From the NCBI GenBank assembly GCA_964016885.1, contig OZ024741.1, positions 208,692,001 to 208,756,000 of the forward strand: a stretch of DNA of 64,000 bases, given 5' to 3'. This DNA is from Eledone cirrhosa. Taxonomy: Eukaryota. Made by a program: the position numbers and the translations under genes. Below are positions 1-13,304 of the stretch, piece after piece. The notes below the pieces were generated by a model. That model searched no databases and had not been told where the DNA came from. It saw nothing but the letters and a program-made list of their open reading frames with translations. Numbering within the stretch: the first letter of the stretch is position 1; each line of letters begins with the position of its first letter.

Positions 1-3000
1 CACTTCCCAGAACTACCACCATCACCACTACAACCAACACCACCACTACCCAGAACTACCACCATCACCACTACAACCAACACCACCACTACCCAGATCT
101 ACCACCATCATCACTACAACCTCCACCACCACTTCCCAGAACTACCACTATCACCACTACAACCAACACCACCACTTCCCAGAACTACCACCATCACCAC
201 TGCAACCAACACCACCACTTCCCAGAACTACCACCATCACCACTACAACCAACACCACCACTTCCCAGAACCGCCACCATCACCACTACAACCAACATCT
301 CCACTTCGCAGAACTACCACCATCACCACTACAACCAACACCACCACTTCCCAGAACCGCCACCATCACCACTACAACCAACATCTCCACTTCCCAGAAC
401 TACCACCATCACCACTACAACCAACATCTCCACTTCGCAGAACTACCACCATCACCACTACAACCAACACTACCACTACACAGAACTACCACCATCACCA
501 CTACAACCACCACCACCACTTCCCAGAACTACCACTATCACCACTACAACCAACACCACCACTTCCCAGAACTACAACCAACACCACCACTACCCAGATC
601 TACCACCATCACCACTACAACCACCAACACCACTTCCCAGAACTACCACTATCACCACTACAACCACCACCACCACTTCCCAGAACTACCACTATCACCA
701 CTACAACCAACACCACCACTTCCCAGAACTACCACCATCACCACTACAACCAACACCACCACTACCCAGAACTACCACCATCACCACTACAACCAACACC
801 ACCACTACCCAGATCTACCACCATCACCACTACAACCTCCACCACCACTTCCCAGAACTACCACTATCACCACTACAACCAACACCACCACTTCCCAGAA
901 CTACCACCATCACCACTGCAACCAACACCACCACTTCCCAGAACTACCACCATCACCACTACAACCAACACCACCACTTCCCAGAACCGCCACCATCACC
1001 ACTACAACCAACATCTCCACTTCGCAGAACTACCACCATCACCACTACAACCAACACCACCACTTCCCAGAACCGCCACCATCACCACTACAACCAACAT
1101 CTCCACTTCCCAGAACTACCACCATCACCACTACAACCAACATCTCCACTTCGCAGAACTACCACCATCACCACTACAACCAACACTACCACTACACAGA
1201 ACTACCACCATCACCACTACAACCACCACCACCACTTCCCAGAACTACCTCTATCACCACTACAACCAACACCACCACTTCCCAGAACTACAACCAACAC
1301 CACCACTACCCAGATCTACCACCATCACCACTACAACCACCAACACCACTTCCCAGAACTACCACTATCACCACTACAACCAACACCACCACTTCCCAGA
1401 ACTACCACCATCATCACTACAACCAACACCACCACTTCCCAGGACTACCACCATCAACACTACAAACAGCATCACCACTACAACCAACACCACCCCTACC
1501 CAGAACTACCACCATCACCGCTACAACCACCACCACCACTTCCCAGAACTACCACCATCACCACTACAACTACCACCACCACTTCCCAGAACTACTACCA
1601 TCACCACTACAACCAACACCACCACTACCCAGATCTACCACCATCACCACTACAACCACCACCACCACTTCCCAGAACTACCACCATCACCACTACAATC
1701 AACACCACCACTTCCCAGAACTACCACCATCACCACTACAACCAACACCACCACTACCCAGATCTACCACCATCACCACTACAACCTCCACCACCACTTC
1801 CCAGAACTACCACTATCACCACTACAACCAACACCACCACTTCCCAGAACTACCACCATCACCACTGCAACCAACACCACCACTTGCCAGAACTACCACC
1901 ATCACCACTACAACCAACACCAGCACTTCCCAGAACTACCACCATCACCACTACAACCAACACCACCACTTCCCAGAACTACCACCATCACCACTACAAC
2001 CAACACCACCACTACCCAGATCTACCACCATCACCACTACAACCTCCACCACCACTTCCCAGAACTACCACTATCACCACTACAACCAACACCACCACTT
2101 CCCAGAACCGCCACCATCACCACTACAACCAACACCACCACTTCCCAGAACTACCACCATCACCACTACAACCAACATCTCCACTTCGCAGAACTACCAC
2201 CATCACCACTACAACCAACACTACCACTACACAGAACTACCACCATCACCACTACAACCACCACCACCACTTCCCAGAACTACCACTATCACCGCTACAA
2301 CCAACACCACCACTTCCCAGAACTACAACCAACACCACCACTACCCAGATCTACCACCATCACCACTACAACCACCAACACCACTTCCCAGAACTACCAC
2401 TATCACCACTACAACCAACACCACCACTTCCCAGAACTACCACCATCACCACTGCAACCAACACCACCACTTCCCAGGACTACCACCATCAACACTACAA
2501 ACAGCATCACCACTACAACTAACACCACCACTTCCCAAAACTACCACCATCACCACTGCAACCAACAGCACCACTACCCAGAACTACCACCATCACCACT
2601 ACTACCAACACTACCACTTCCAAGAACTACCACCATCAACACTACAACCAGCACCACCACTTCCCGGAACAACCACCATCACTACTATAACCAACACCAC
2701 CACTTCCCAGAACTACCACCATCACCACTACGACCAACACCACCACTTCCCAGAACTAGCACCATCACCACTACGACCAACACCACCACTACCCAGAAAA
2801 ACCACCATTATCACTACAACCTACACCACCACTTCCCAGAACTACCACCATCACCACTACAACAAACACCACCACTTGCCACAACTACCACCATCACCAC
2901 TACAACCAACGCTTCCATTTCCCATAACTACCACCATCACCACTACAACCAACACCACCACTACCCAGAACTACCACCATCACCACTACCACCATCATCA

Positions 3001-3985
3001 CTACAACCAACACCACTACTTCCCAGAACAACCACCATCATCACTACAGCCAAGACCACCACTTCCCAGAACTACCACCATCACCACTACAACCAACACC
3101 ACCACTTCCCAGAACTACCACCATCATCACTACAACCAACACCACCACTTGCCAGAACTACCACCATCACCACTACAACCAACACCTCCATTTCCCATAA
3201 CTACCACCATCACCACTACAACCAACACCACCACTACCCAGAACTACCACCATCACCACTACCACCATAATCACTACAACCAACACCACTACTTCCCAGA
3301 ACAACCACCATCATCACTACAGCCAAGACCACCACTTCCCAGAACTACCACCATCACCACTACAACCAACACCACCACTTCCCAGAACTACCACCATCAC
3401 CACTACAACCAACACCACCACCTCCCAGAACTAACACCATCAACACTACAACCAGCACCACCACTTCTTGGAACAACCACCATCACTACTATAACCACCA
3501 CCACCACTTCCCAGAACTACCACCATCACCACTATAACCAACACCACCACTTCCCCGAACTACCACCATCACCACTACAACCAACACCACCACTTCCCAG
3601 AACTACCACCATCACCACTACAACAAACACCACCACTACCCAGAACTACCACCATCACCACTACAACCAACACCACCACTTCCCAGAACTACCACCATTA
3701 CCACTACAACCAACACCACCACTTCCCAGAACTAACACCATCAACACTACAACCAGCACCACCACTTCTTGGAACAACCACCATCACTACTATAACCACC
3801 ACCACCACTTCCCCGAACTACCACCATTACCACTACTATAACCAACACCACCACTTCCCAGGACTACCACCATCACCACTACAACCAACACCACCACTTC
3901 CCAGAACTACCACCATCACCACTACAACCAACACCACCACTTCCCAGAACTACCACCATTACCACTACAACCAACACCTCCACTT
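1..3985. repeat. 43-bp C/A-rich minisatellite array (runs off the window start)
   Basis: Unit CACTTCCCAGAACTACCACCATCACCACTACAACCAACACCAC repeats throughout. ORFs 1884..2522 and 2876..3841 cycle P-rich/T-rich/H-rich blocks, as expected for a unit length not divisible by 3. Confidence 0.97.
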
Positions 3986-4059
3986 CCATCTTCCTAACCA
4001 TCACCAATAACAGTTACAATAGCAACATCATCATCCTTGTCACTATTATAAACAACAAC

Positions 4060-4390
4060 CTACACCCCTCAACCACAAACACATCCCCGTCTCCCTACCA
4101 TCACCTCCACCATCACCACTACACCCCTCACCCACAAACACATCCCTATCTCCCCACCATCCCCTTCACCATCACCACTATACCCCTCACCCCATGTCCC
4201 CACCATCACCTCCACCATCACCACTACACCCTTCACCCTCAAACACATCTCCATCTCCCCAACATCACCTCCACCATCACCACTACACCCCTCACCCACA
4301 AACACATCCCCATCTCCCCACCATCACCACTACACCCCTCACCCCCAAACACATCCCCATCTCCCCATATCACCTTCACCATCACCACCG
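4060..4390. repeat. degenerate ACC/CCC-rich tandem repeat next to the minisatellite
   Basis: Recurring ATCACCACTACACCCCTCACCCACAAACACATCCCC variants. Confidence 0.75.
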
Positions 4391-5039
4391 ATGACTTATC
4401 AACGAACATTTTGAGATCTCTTTTTTTCGTTTTTCCCCCATTCTGTTTTGTTTCGTATTTTTTTATAGTTTTCTACGTGCAGTCGTCGTTCCGCATGGCC
4501 GAGTAGATGTTTCGGTTGGATGCCCTCAGGAAAGCCCCCCCCCCCCCCCCCTGCAGGCTGTGCCATGGGGAAACAGCCTGGAACCCGTATGCCAAGTGAA
4601 ACGTGACTGTTGTCTACTTCGGCGTGAGACAATAACATTACGCCCACTACCACCATAACCACCTCCAGCCAGATGAAGGGGGAGCTGACGACACAAAACT
4701 ACGTAATACTTAAAAGACATTCACAAAAATAATGATAAGATCAAAATGAAAAATAAGCTGGAGCCCAAAAATATGAGAGATAAAAAAGGATGGCACTGCG
4801 CTTTGGGCGTGATGCTTTTATTAAGTTATGAGCGCGGATAAATAAATATGGAGAAACATTATGATTGCTTACGTGGACATTGAGTTCCGACAATTAGGTG
4901 TCCTGTTTGATGACACAGAACTGAATACACTGAGTTCAGGGTAAGAACTGGGTTTTTGAGGCTATTTATTTATTTTGTTCATTTTATTTATTTTATTTTT
5001 TTGTAGGTGGTTCGTTTGTAGGTGGTTCGTTTACTATAT

Positions 5040-5076
<37 letters not shown>

Positions 5077-5371
5077 ATATACAAATATACATACATATGT
5101 GCATAATATATATATATATATGTGTGTGTGTGTATACATATATATATATATATATACCTGCCAACCACAATATATATATAACCTGCCAAACATAAGCGAG
5201 GAGTACCATGAAAAAAAGTACCCCAAAATTTGGAGAAGTTAGACAAAATGGGGGGTGGGGGATTTTACATAATTAAAGCTATACCCATTTTCACAAGAGA
5301 AGACATCTGTCACCCACCCCTAAATGGGTGGGATATCTCACCGTCAGGCGGGGAGAGATGACAGGTCTGAT

Positions 5372-5442
<71 letters not shown>

Positions 5443-5449
<7 letters not shown>

Positions 5450-5846
5450 TAAAAAGGATGATTGATTATTCCTTCATTGCATTTATTGATAGGTGACGCG
5501 CGTTTCGCCACTTATCAGCTCAAAGTTCGATCTATATCGATCCTACCCGACTCAATAATCCGCAGCTCGACGGACCCTCTTAAAATGCTATAAGAAAATG
5601 GTATAAGAGGGTCCGTCGAGCTGCGGATTATTGAGTCGGGTAGGATCGATATAGATCGAACCTTGAGCTGATCAGTGGCGAAACGCGCGTCACCTATCAA
5701 TAAATGCAATGAAGGAATAATCAATCGTCCTTTTTATCCTTTCAATATATTACACTCTGTATAGCTCTACACCTCATCACAGAAGTGAACCTAAACATCG
5801 AGTGCTCTCCCGGATGAACCTGCAGTAACTCCTAGTTACACCCCCT

Positions 5847-5850
<4 letters not shown>
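5443..5850. mobile_element. solo inverted PLE pseudo-LTR foldback (arms 5443-5582 / 5604-5743, tail to ~5850)
   Basis: ~140-bp near-perfect inverted arms with a 21-bp spacer. Each arm carries an HHR-like motif followed by AATAAA. Flanked by (GA)n/(TA)n. Confidence 0.8.
5609..5695 (+). ncRNA. hammerhead ribozyme relic with mutated core (mirror copy 5491-5577, minus)
   Basis: GGGT-CCGUCGA-GCUGC...GUGGC-GAAA-CGCGCG-UC-ACCU. Stems I and II and palindromic stem III are present. The core deviates from CUGANGA at two positions. Confidence 0.6.
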
Positions 5851-5880
<30 letters not shown>

Positions 5881-5935
5881 ATATATATATCCATATATAT
5901 ATATATTTATCCATATATATATATTTATCCATATA

Positions 5936-5990
<55 letters not shown>

Positions 5991-6210
5991 CGTTTCTGAA
6001 TTTGTTTAGCAAGATTCTTTATCTGAAATCGTGTGTTGAAACCGATATTGTTATACTTTGGGAGGGTCATGTTGCCAATAAGAAACACACGCACCAGTTG
6101 CTTTCACTTCAATTTATTATATATTTATAAATTTATAAACTTACAAATCTACAAATTTATAAATTTCTGGTTGGTTGGTTGGTTCTACAACCAGATAGTT
6201 GTTTATATAT

Positions 6211-6255
6211 AGTCATAGTCCTTTCGTCACACACTCTGTGACCTCTTCAGTGACT
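6211..6255 (-). ncRNA. type I hammerhead ribozyme in pLTR
   Basis: AGUCA-CUGAAGA-g-GUCACA(gagug)UGUGAC-GAAA-GGAC-UA-UGACU. Confidence 0.85.
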
Positions 6256-6459
6256 GGGGATTCCTTTCTTTGTTTCTGTGCCTTTCCTTTCTTCTGTCCT
6301 ACGCCATTTTGTTTCTGTGTGTGTGTTGTGTGCTCAGTTTGCGCATGCGCCACATCCGGGTGTCTGTGTGTGTTTGTGTTCATTTATCTATTTGTTTATT
6401 TATTTACATGTTATTGGTTGGTTGTTTGTTCTATGTGTGTGTGTGTTTTCATTTTGTCC

Positions 6460-7924
6460 TTAATTGTAAGTTGTGATGTTGCTGTTCCACTCATATTTTC
6501 TATTTAATTTTGGTTGTAATTCTTTTATGTTTATTGCCTCTGTAATTTGTCTAAACATTGCATCTTTTCTGTGTGTAGATTCTATTTTTATTTCTATGTT
6601 CTCTAATTTACCCTTGTGTTCTATCTTAGCATGTTGGTAGAGTACAGATGATTCTTTATTATCTTGAAGGTCTCGCCAGTGTTCATTTATCCGTTCCCCT
6701 ATACTACGAGCTGTCCCACCTATGTACACTATATTTTTGTTTCTACATTGTCCTTCAGTACATCTTATGCTATACACTACATTTCTAGTTTTACAGTTAA
6801 TATGGGGGCTTATTTTACAGGTTATACATTTCTTATCTATACATGACGGTCTTTGGAACGGGTATGTCTTGCTAATAAGTGTTTTTACGGAGGTACCTGG
6901 TCTTTCTACTATCTTAATATTGAGTTTATGTTTATTTAGGGCCCTTCTAAATGTGTAGGCTAGTTCGCCTCTAGGGGTTGTATCGATGAGCATTACACTC
7001 TGGTATTTATTGCTATCATACCATGAGTTTATTCTATTGGCCTTGTTCCTAGTTCTTTCTATTCTATTCCAAAATTTGCTCCTATACAAGGGGCAGGTCC
7101 CATTTGTGTCATTATTTACCATTTTTTCCCATTTGGTTCTGGCTCCTCTATACACTCTGATTCTATCTCTCTGATTGTAGCCAGAGAACTGCATACTGTG
7201 GATGAAGTGTTGTATGTGTCTCTCTAGTTCTTCGGGGTTGCACATGCAGGACACATTTCTCATCACCCGTACCAGATCCGCAATCAGTATGTTGATTTTG
7301 GTATGGTCCGAAATGGCCGAGTTTCGGTGGATCAGATGTTTGGAAGTCATGGGTTTGGCATAATGGGAATGGAGGATTTGTTTTTGGTTGTTAATGGTAT
7401 CTAACCAGAGCTTTGTGTCTAGTACAGGTAATCGATGGTTGGGGTGTCTACTTGGGTAGTCTATAGTAACTCTAATGCTCTGGTGGATGGAGTTTGCTAT
7501 TTGCTGGATGCTTTCCATTGTGTTTTTCTCTAGTTCCTGACTGTTCTCTAGTGGTGGTGTCTTAACTACGATGTTTATATCATCTACGTAGCGGGAGTAC
7601 ATTATCAGGGTTAAGCTGTCTTCTAATTGTTCTTTAAGTTTAAGTTTAAGTCTACTGTCCCACCATACCATGAATAAGTTAGCTATGTCGCCTGGAATGC
7701 TAACACCAATGGCTGCTCCTTCCTCTTGGGCATATGTTTTTCCATTAAACTGGAACATATGTTCCTTAAGGGTTAATTTTATGCTGGCCCCTACCGCATG
7801 TGCAATCATTTTCTTCAGTTCATCGTGGTTTTCGGGTGTCCGTATGGCTCTGGTCCACCCGTTCCATCTATCTGTGTGGGTTTTCTTGGCCATTGAGGTA
7901 ATGGTAGGTGGTCTGCCTCTTGCT
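6460..7924 (-). CDS. PLE reverse transcriptase (C-terminal part) + GIY-YIG endonuclease, 5'-truncated
   Basis: Motifs GAAIG..., YSRYVDD, LPVLD, C-rich linker, VVYSIRC...YIGGTARSIGERINEH. The listed ORF extension to 8091 is only antisense of the inverted arm. Confidence 0.92.
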
Positions 7925-8308
7925 GGTAAATTAGAGAACATAGAACACAAGGGTAAATTAGAGAACATAGAAATAAAAATAGAATCTACACACAGAAAAG
8001 ATGCAATGTTTAGACAAATTACAGAGGCAATAAACATAAAAGAATTACAACCAAAATTAAATAGAAAATATGAGTGGAACAGCAACATCACAACTTACAA
8101 TTAAGGACAAAATGAAAACACACACACACATAGAACAAACAACCAACCAATAACATGTAAATAAATAAACAAATAGATAAATGAACACAAACACACACAG
8201 ACACCCGGATGTGGCGCATGTGCAAACTGAGCACACAACACACACACAGAAACAAAATGGCGTAGGACAGAAGAAAGGAAAGGCACAGAAACAAAGAAAG
8301 GAATCCCC

Positions 8309-8353
8309 AGTCACTGAAGAGGTCACAGAGTGTGTGACGAAAGGACTATGACT
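8309..8353 (+). ncRNA. type I hammerhead ribozyme in inverted pLTR
   Basis: Identical mirror of 6211-6255: 5-bp stem I, 6-bp stem II, CUA cleavage triplet. Confidence 0.85.
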
Positions 8354-8511
8354 ATATATAAACAACTATCTGGTTGTGGAACCAACCAACCAACCAGAAA
8401 TTTATAAATTTGTAGATTTGTAAATTTATAAATTTATAAATATATAATAAATTGAAGTGAAAGCAACTGGTGCGTGTGTTTCTTATTGGCAACATGACCC
8501 TCCCAAAGTAT

Positions 8512-8563
<52 letters not shown>

Positions 8564-8564
8564 C

Positions 8565-10553
8565 GGCGATGAATTAGTTTAGCGAGGTTTTTTATATGAA
8601 ATCGTGTGTCGAAACAGATATTGTTATACTTGGGGAGGGTCATATTTGCGTAATATTGCCAGAATTAATAACAGAACACACTCACTGTTTGGTTGGTTTT
8701 CGCTTCTCGCTGTCTTTTATATCTGCGATCTAACTTACTCGGTCCTCAATGCTGCCATTGACTGATCGACGGTCAAAAATAATACAGATACAATGTAGAC
8801 ACAAACACATATATATAGTTTACATAATTTACATAAATCTTTCGTTGCACATCTGCAACATCGTCAGTGGTGTTATATTTTTTCCTCCTGTTGTGTTGTA
8901 TGTCTACGCCATTTTTTATTCAGTCTGTCTATATATTTATTTATTTGCTTGTTTGTTTATTTTATTTTGTCTTCTTTGCGCATGCGTTTGCGTGTGTGTA
9001 TAGTGTTATGTGTACTGTGTGACTAGTGTGTATAGTGTTGTGTCTGCTGGGTGACTAGTGTGTGTTTATGTGCTTGTTGTTATTGTGCTTGTGTATGTAT
9101 TTATTTATCTTATTTTATTTTATTTTATTTATTTACTTATTTATACTTCTCTTAGGTCAGTGTTGTTTGTTTGGATGTTGTTGTTGTTCCACTCATTCTT
9201 TCTGTTTAGCTTTGGTCTTCTAATTTCTATTTCACTGGCCTCTCTGATTTGCCTATCTGCTGGGTCATTCCTATGTTTAGATATTATTCTAATTTCTATG
9301 TTGTCTATGTTACCGTCATGTTGTTGTCTAGCATGTACTGACCCGTTTTTTCGTCCTTTTAGTTCCCCCCAATGTTGGTCTATCCTTTCACCTATGCTAC
9401 GAGCTGTCTCACCTATGTATGTTGTTGTCATGTTTCTGCAAGTACCCTCTGTACATCTTATGCTATAGACTACGTTTCTAGTTTTACAGTTTATCCGGGG
9501 GTTCACCTTACATATGATACATTTCCTATTGGTACAGTGGGTTTTCTTAAAAGGGTAGGTTTTGCTGATCAGGGATTTTATAGTGGTTCCTGGCTTTTCT
9601 ACCACCTTTATTTTTAAACACTGATCAGATAAGAAAAATGGTCGCACATGCAATAGGGGCCAGTATCAAAACTACCCTAAAGGGCCACATATTTAAGTTC
9701 AATGAGAAAATCTACACCCAAAATGAGGGAGCAGCCATCGGCGTCAGCATAGCTGGTGATGTTGCCAACCTTTTCATGGTATGGTGGGAAAGGAGACTTA
9801 AAGATCTCCTTAATGAAAGCTCCATAGACCTCATCATGTACTCTCGTTATGTAGACGATATTAATATAGTTATAAGAACACCCCCACTAGAGAGCACTAA
9901 CAAGTTTGATTTAGAACGTAGCACGATGGAAAGCATCCAGCAGATAGCTAATTCCATACACCAGAGTATAACTGTAACTATCGACTACCCTTCCAAACAC
10001 CCTAACAATAGACTACCTGTATTAGACACAGAACTCTGGATTAACACTATAGACGAGAGAGCCCAAATTCTCCACTCACACTATGCTAAACCCATGGCCT
10101 CCAAATACCTGATACTCAAAAACTCAGCAATGTCCAGTAGTGCGAAGTTTAATATTCTGATCGCAGATTTGGTACGAGTGATGAAGAATGTGTCCAGCAT
10201 GTGCGACCCAACAGAAATGGAAAAACACATCTAACACTTCATCAACCGTATGCAGTTCTCTGGCTACAACCAAAGAGACAGAGTCAGAGTATACGAAGGA
10301 GCCATGGAAAAGTATAAGACCCTCATAGAACTGGACATGAAAGGAATTTACCCACTATACAGGAGCAAATCATGGAATAGCTTAGATAGGGCTAGACATA
10401 AGATAGGGAAGGCCACATCATGGTACGACAACCAGAGATATCAGAGTGTCATGTTTGTGGACGCCACCCCTGGAGGGAAATTAGCTAACCAGTGTAGAAA
10501 GGCCCCGAGAAAGACCCACTTAAAAATAAAGGTGGTAGAAAAGCCAGGAACCA
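8565..10553 (-). mobile_element. Penelope-like element (related family) with internally inverted 5' segment
   Basis: GIY-YIG on the minus strand at 9141-9617. RT/thumb on the plus strand at 9625-10553 (YSRYVDD; one stop near 10232). Terminal sequence 8580-8645 is homologous to 6008-6075. Confidence 0.9.
8822..8878 (-). ncRNA. type I hammerhead ribozyme in pLTR
   Basis: CA-CUGACGA-u-GUUGCA(gaug)UGCAAC-GAAA-GAUU-UA-UG. Stem I is interrupted by an internal loop. Confidence 0.7.
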
Positions 10554-10554
10554 G

Positions 10555-10631
10555 GTTTCGTCACTTCTCAGCTCAAGATTCGATCTGTATCGATCTAGCC
10601 CGACTCTGTAATCCACGACCCGTCAGACCCC
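10555..10631 (-). ncRNA. truncated hammerhead, homolog of 5609-5695
   Basis: GGGGU-CUGACGG-GUCGU...GUGAC-GAAAC, cut at stem III by the neighbouring PLE junction. Clear sequence similarity to 5503-5580. Confidence 0.6.
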
Positions 10632-10633
10632 TT

Positions 10634-10712
10634 AAGAGTAGTCGTCTTTTCAAAGCTTCAACCAGATGAAACACATAATTTCGGATCTAGAATCATTGCC
10701 ATTTTCCTTCAC

Positions 10713-10743
<31 letters not shown>

Positions 10744-10792
10744 ATATAATATATATGTATAATATATATATATATATAATATAATATATATG

Positions 10793-10830
<38 letters not shown>

Positions 10831-11654
10831 ATATATATAATATATATATGTATATAGTAATAAATAAATTTGAAGACTAAAATCCAAATATGGCTCGATA
10901 AGAATAAATATATATCAAATATATAAGAACCTTAGACAAATATTTATTAAAATAACAGATTAAAGTTTAAGCAAAGAATCGCTGCTTTCACCCTTAACGG
11001 TCGATATGTGAACGCAGAAGTGAATATTTCAAAAAACGTTGCAACCGGAGGAAGACAGGAAGACGATACTTTGGTTCGTGGAAACTTTCACTGGCAAAGA
11101 ACGGGAAAAAAACGAATATAATACGTCATTATTTGGAGCGATGAAAAACAATTACACGCCAAGATAAAACCACGTTTATGGTATAAAAGAAGTCGTAGAC
11201 TAATATTCTCTTAGGTGGTTCATAGAGACGTTCTCTGGCAATGAACGGAAAAAACGAAGATAATACGTCATATGTGGAGCGTTGAGAACAATTGCACGCA
11301 AAGACAAATCCACGTAAATGGTATAACTGAAGTCGTAGACTAAAATTCTAACTAGGAAACCGAATGATTCTCGGCTTCAGAGTTAAGAATAAAGTAAATA
11401 AAATACAGAGGTAATTGAAATTAAATAAATACATACACGCATCCATATACGTACATACACAAGCATACGCGAAAACACTCGCCCTAGGTATACAAATACA
11501 CGCACGTACACACACAAAAAAAAGAAGAAAAAAAACCGCACGCACGTGTGTGTGTGTGTGTATGTGTGTGTGAGTGTGAAGGAAAATGACAATGATTCTA
11601 GATCCGAAATTATGTGTTTCATCTGGTTGAAGCTTCGAAAAGACGACTACTCTT
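10634..11654. mobile_element. MITE-like/foldback segment with ~90-bp terminal inverted repeats
   Basis: 10634-10725 is the inverse of 11565-11654. Internal ~120-bp direct repeat pair at 11091-11210 / 11234-11350. No TSD seen. Confidence 0.55.
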
Positions 11655-11736
11655 CTAGTTTATTTAACATACGGTATTTAAAAATATATTTTACAATATA
11701 CAAAAGTGTAACTAGACTAATGGCGAGGAAAAGCCA

Positions 11737-11839
<103 letters not shown>

Positions 11840-13211
11840 ACAGCTTCATATGCAAAGAACTACATAAGAAATATAGAAAAACAAGTGAAACTACGTTGGC
11901 AAACATTAACAACGAAGCATACAGGGTGGTGAAGAATCTCAAGATAGACGATAGAACCGAGCCGATTTTACCCGCAACCCCCTCCTTTAACCTGAAGGAC
12001 CATAAGGTAAATTTTGACTCTAACCCTAAGATTAGACTTATATGCTCTTCTAAATCAGACATAGGAAAAATTAGCAAACATATACTTGACAGAGTAATAA
12101 CTCAATTGAAAAAGAAAATAGAAATTAAATTATGGGGCAACACTAGCAAAGCATTTCGCTGGTTTAATAACGTTAAGAACAAGGATAAGTCTAAGTTTAT
12201 ACAATTTGACATACACGAATACTACTCTTCAATCTCACCCAGCACTTTACGTAAGGCCCTATCGTTTGCCAAAGTCAATTCCGACCTAACGGAGGACGAA
12301 ATTAATATTATTCTAGAGGCTAGGAAAACTATTATGAAATTTGATAATTGCTACTGGGAACGTAAGGACAGACCCACAAACTTCGACATCACCATGGGCT
12401 CTAACGACTCAGCTGAGGTCACCGATCTTGTGGGAATTTACATAGCCCACATACTACATGGAAAATTTAGTAATCTACAGGGGGGGGGGGATATACAGAG
12501 ATGATGCGCTTTTATTAGTTAATAACTTAAATAACCAAAATCTTGAAAGGCGACGGAAAAAACATTAGAAAATCTTTTAGTGAACTGGGTCTAAAAATAA
12601 CGTACGAATACAATCTTAAAGTGGTAAATTTTCTAGACGTAACTCTTAATTTAAATACCGAACTTCCACAAGATAAATGAGAACCGTGCCTATATCAATT
12701 TTAACTCAAACCACCCACTTTCCATGATCAAATCGGTTCCCCGTAGTATTTCTCTTAGAATCTCTCGCCTATCGTCTAACTCTAAGATTTTCAGTGAACA
12801 TGCTGAATACTATAATAACGCATTAAGGAATGCCAACCACCGGGATAAAATAGAATACATTGATAAGAATCTCCATAACACACATAGCTCTACACGAAAT
12901 CAAAGAATACGTAACCGGGGTACAGTAATACAAGCGCGCACACTCAGTACCACCAGAGATATTAATAATAGAAAATCATCACCAAATAAATCACGTTGTA
13001 GAAAGTATATCTGGTATAATCCCATTTTTAATGCTTCGATTAGTACAAAACTATCTCTTTCATTCTTTAAGTTAATCAACAAGCATTTCCCTAGTTCTGA
13101 AATCTAAGACTATTAAGCTATCATTCTCCACTGCAACAAACCTTGAAGCATACATAAAAAACTTAATTTAAAGCAATTAAACAACACTACAAAACAAAAT
13201 ATTTTAATAAC

Positions 13212-13304
13212 TGTTTCTACTTTTTGGCACAAGGCCAATAATTACCCAGTACATTACTGGTACTTTATTTTATCGACCCCGTAAGGATGAAAGGCAAAGT
13301 TAAC
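13212..13304 (-). mobile_element. 5'-truncated tRNA-derived SINE inserted in the PLE
   Basis: Matches the 3' half of the SINE at 16441-16626. Confidence 0.85.

Larger units (their letters stand above)
5990..8519 (-). mobile_element. 5'-truncated Penelope-like element with inverted pseudo-LTR
   Basis: RT+GIY-YIG ORF on the minus strand. 6046-6624 is repeated inverted at 7940-8519 with about 3 mismatches. (TA)n on both flanks. Confidence 0.93.

Noticed and set aside
1884-3841. Extensin/mucin-like ORFs
   Set aside because: Translations of a 43-bp repeat that cycles through all three frames, with no ATG start.
7670-8104. 144-aa plus-strand ORF and the N-terminal extension of the 543-aa ORF
   Set aside because: Chimeras produced by the inverted duplication.
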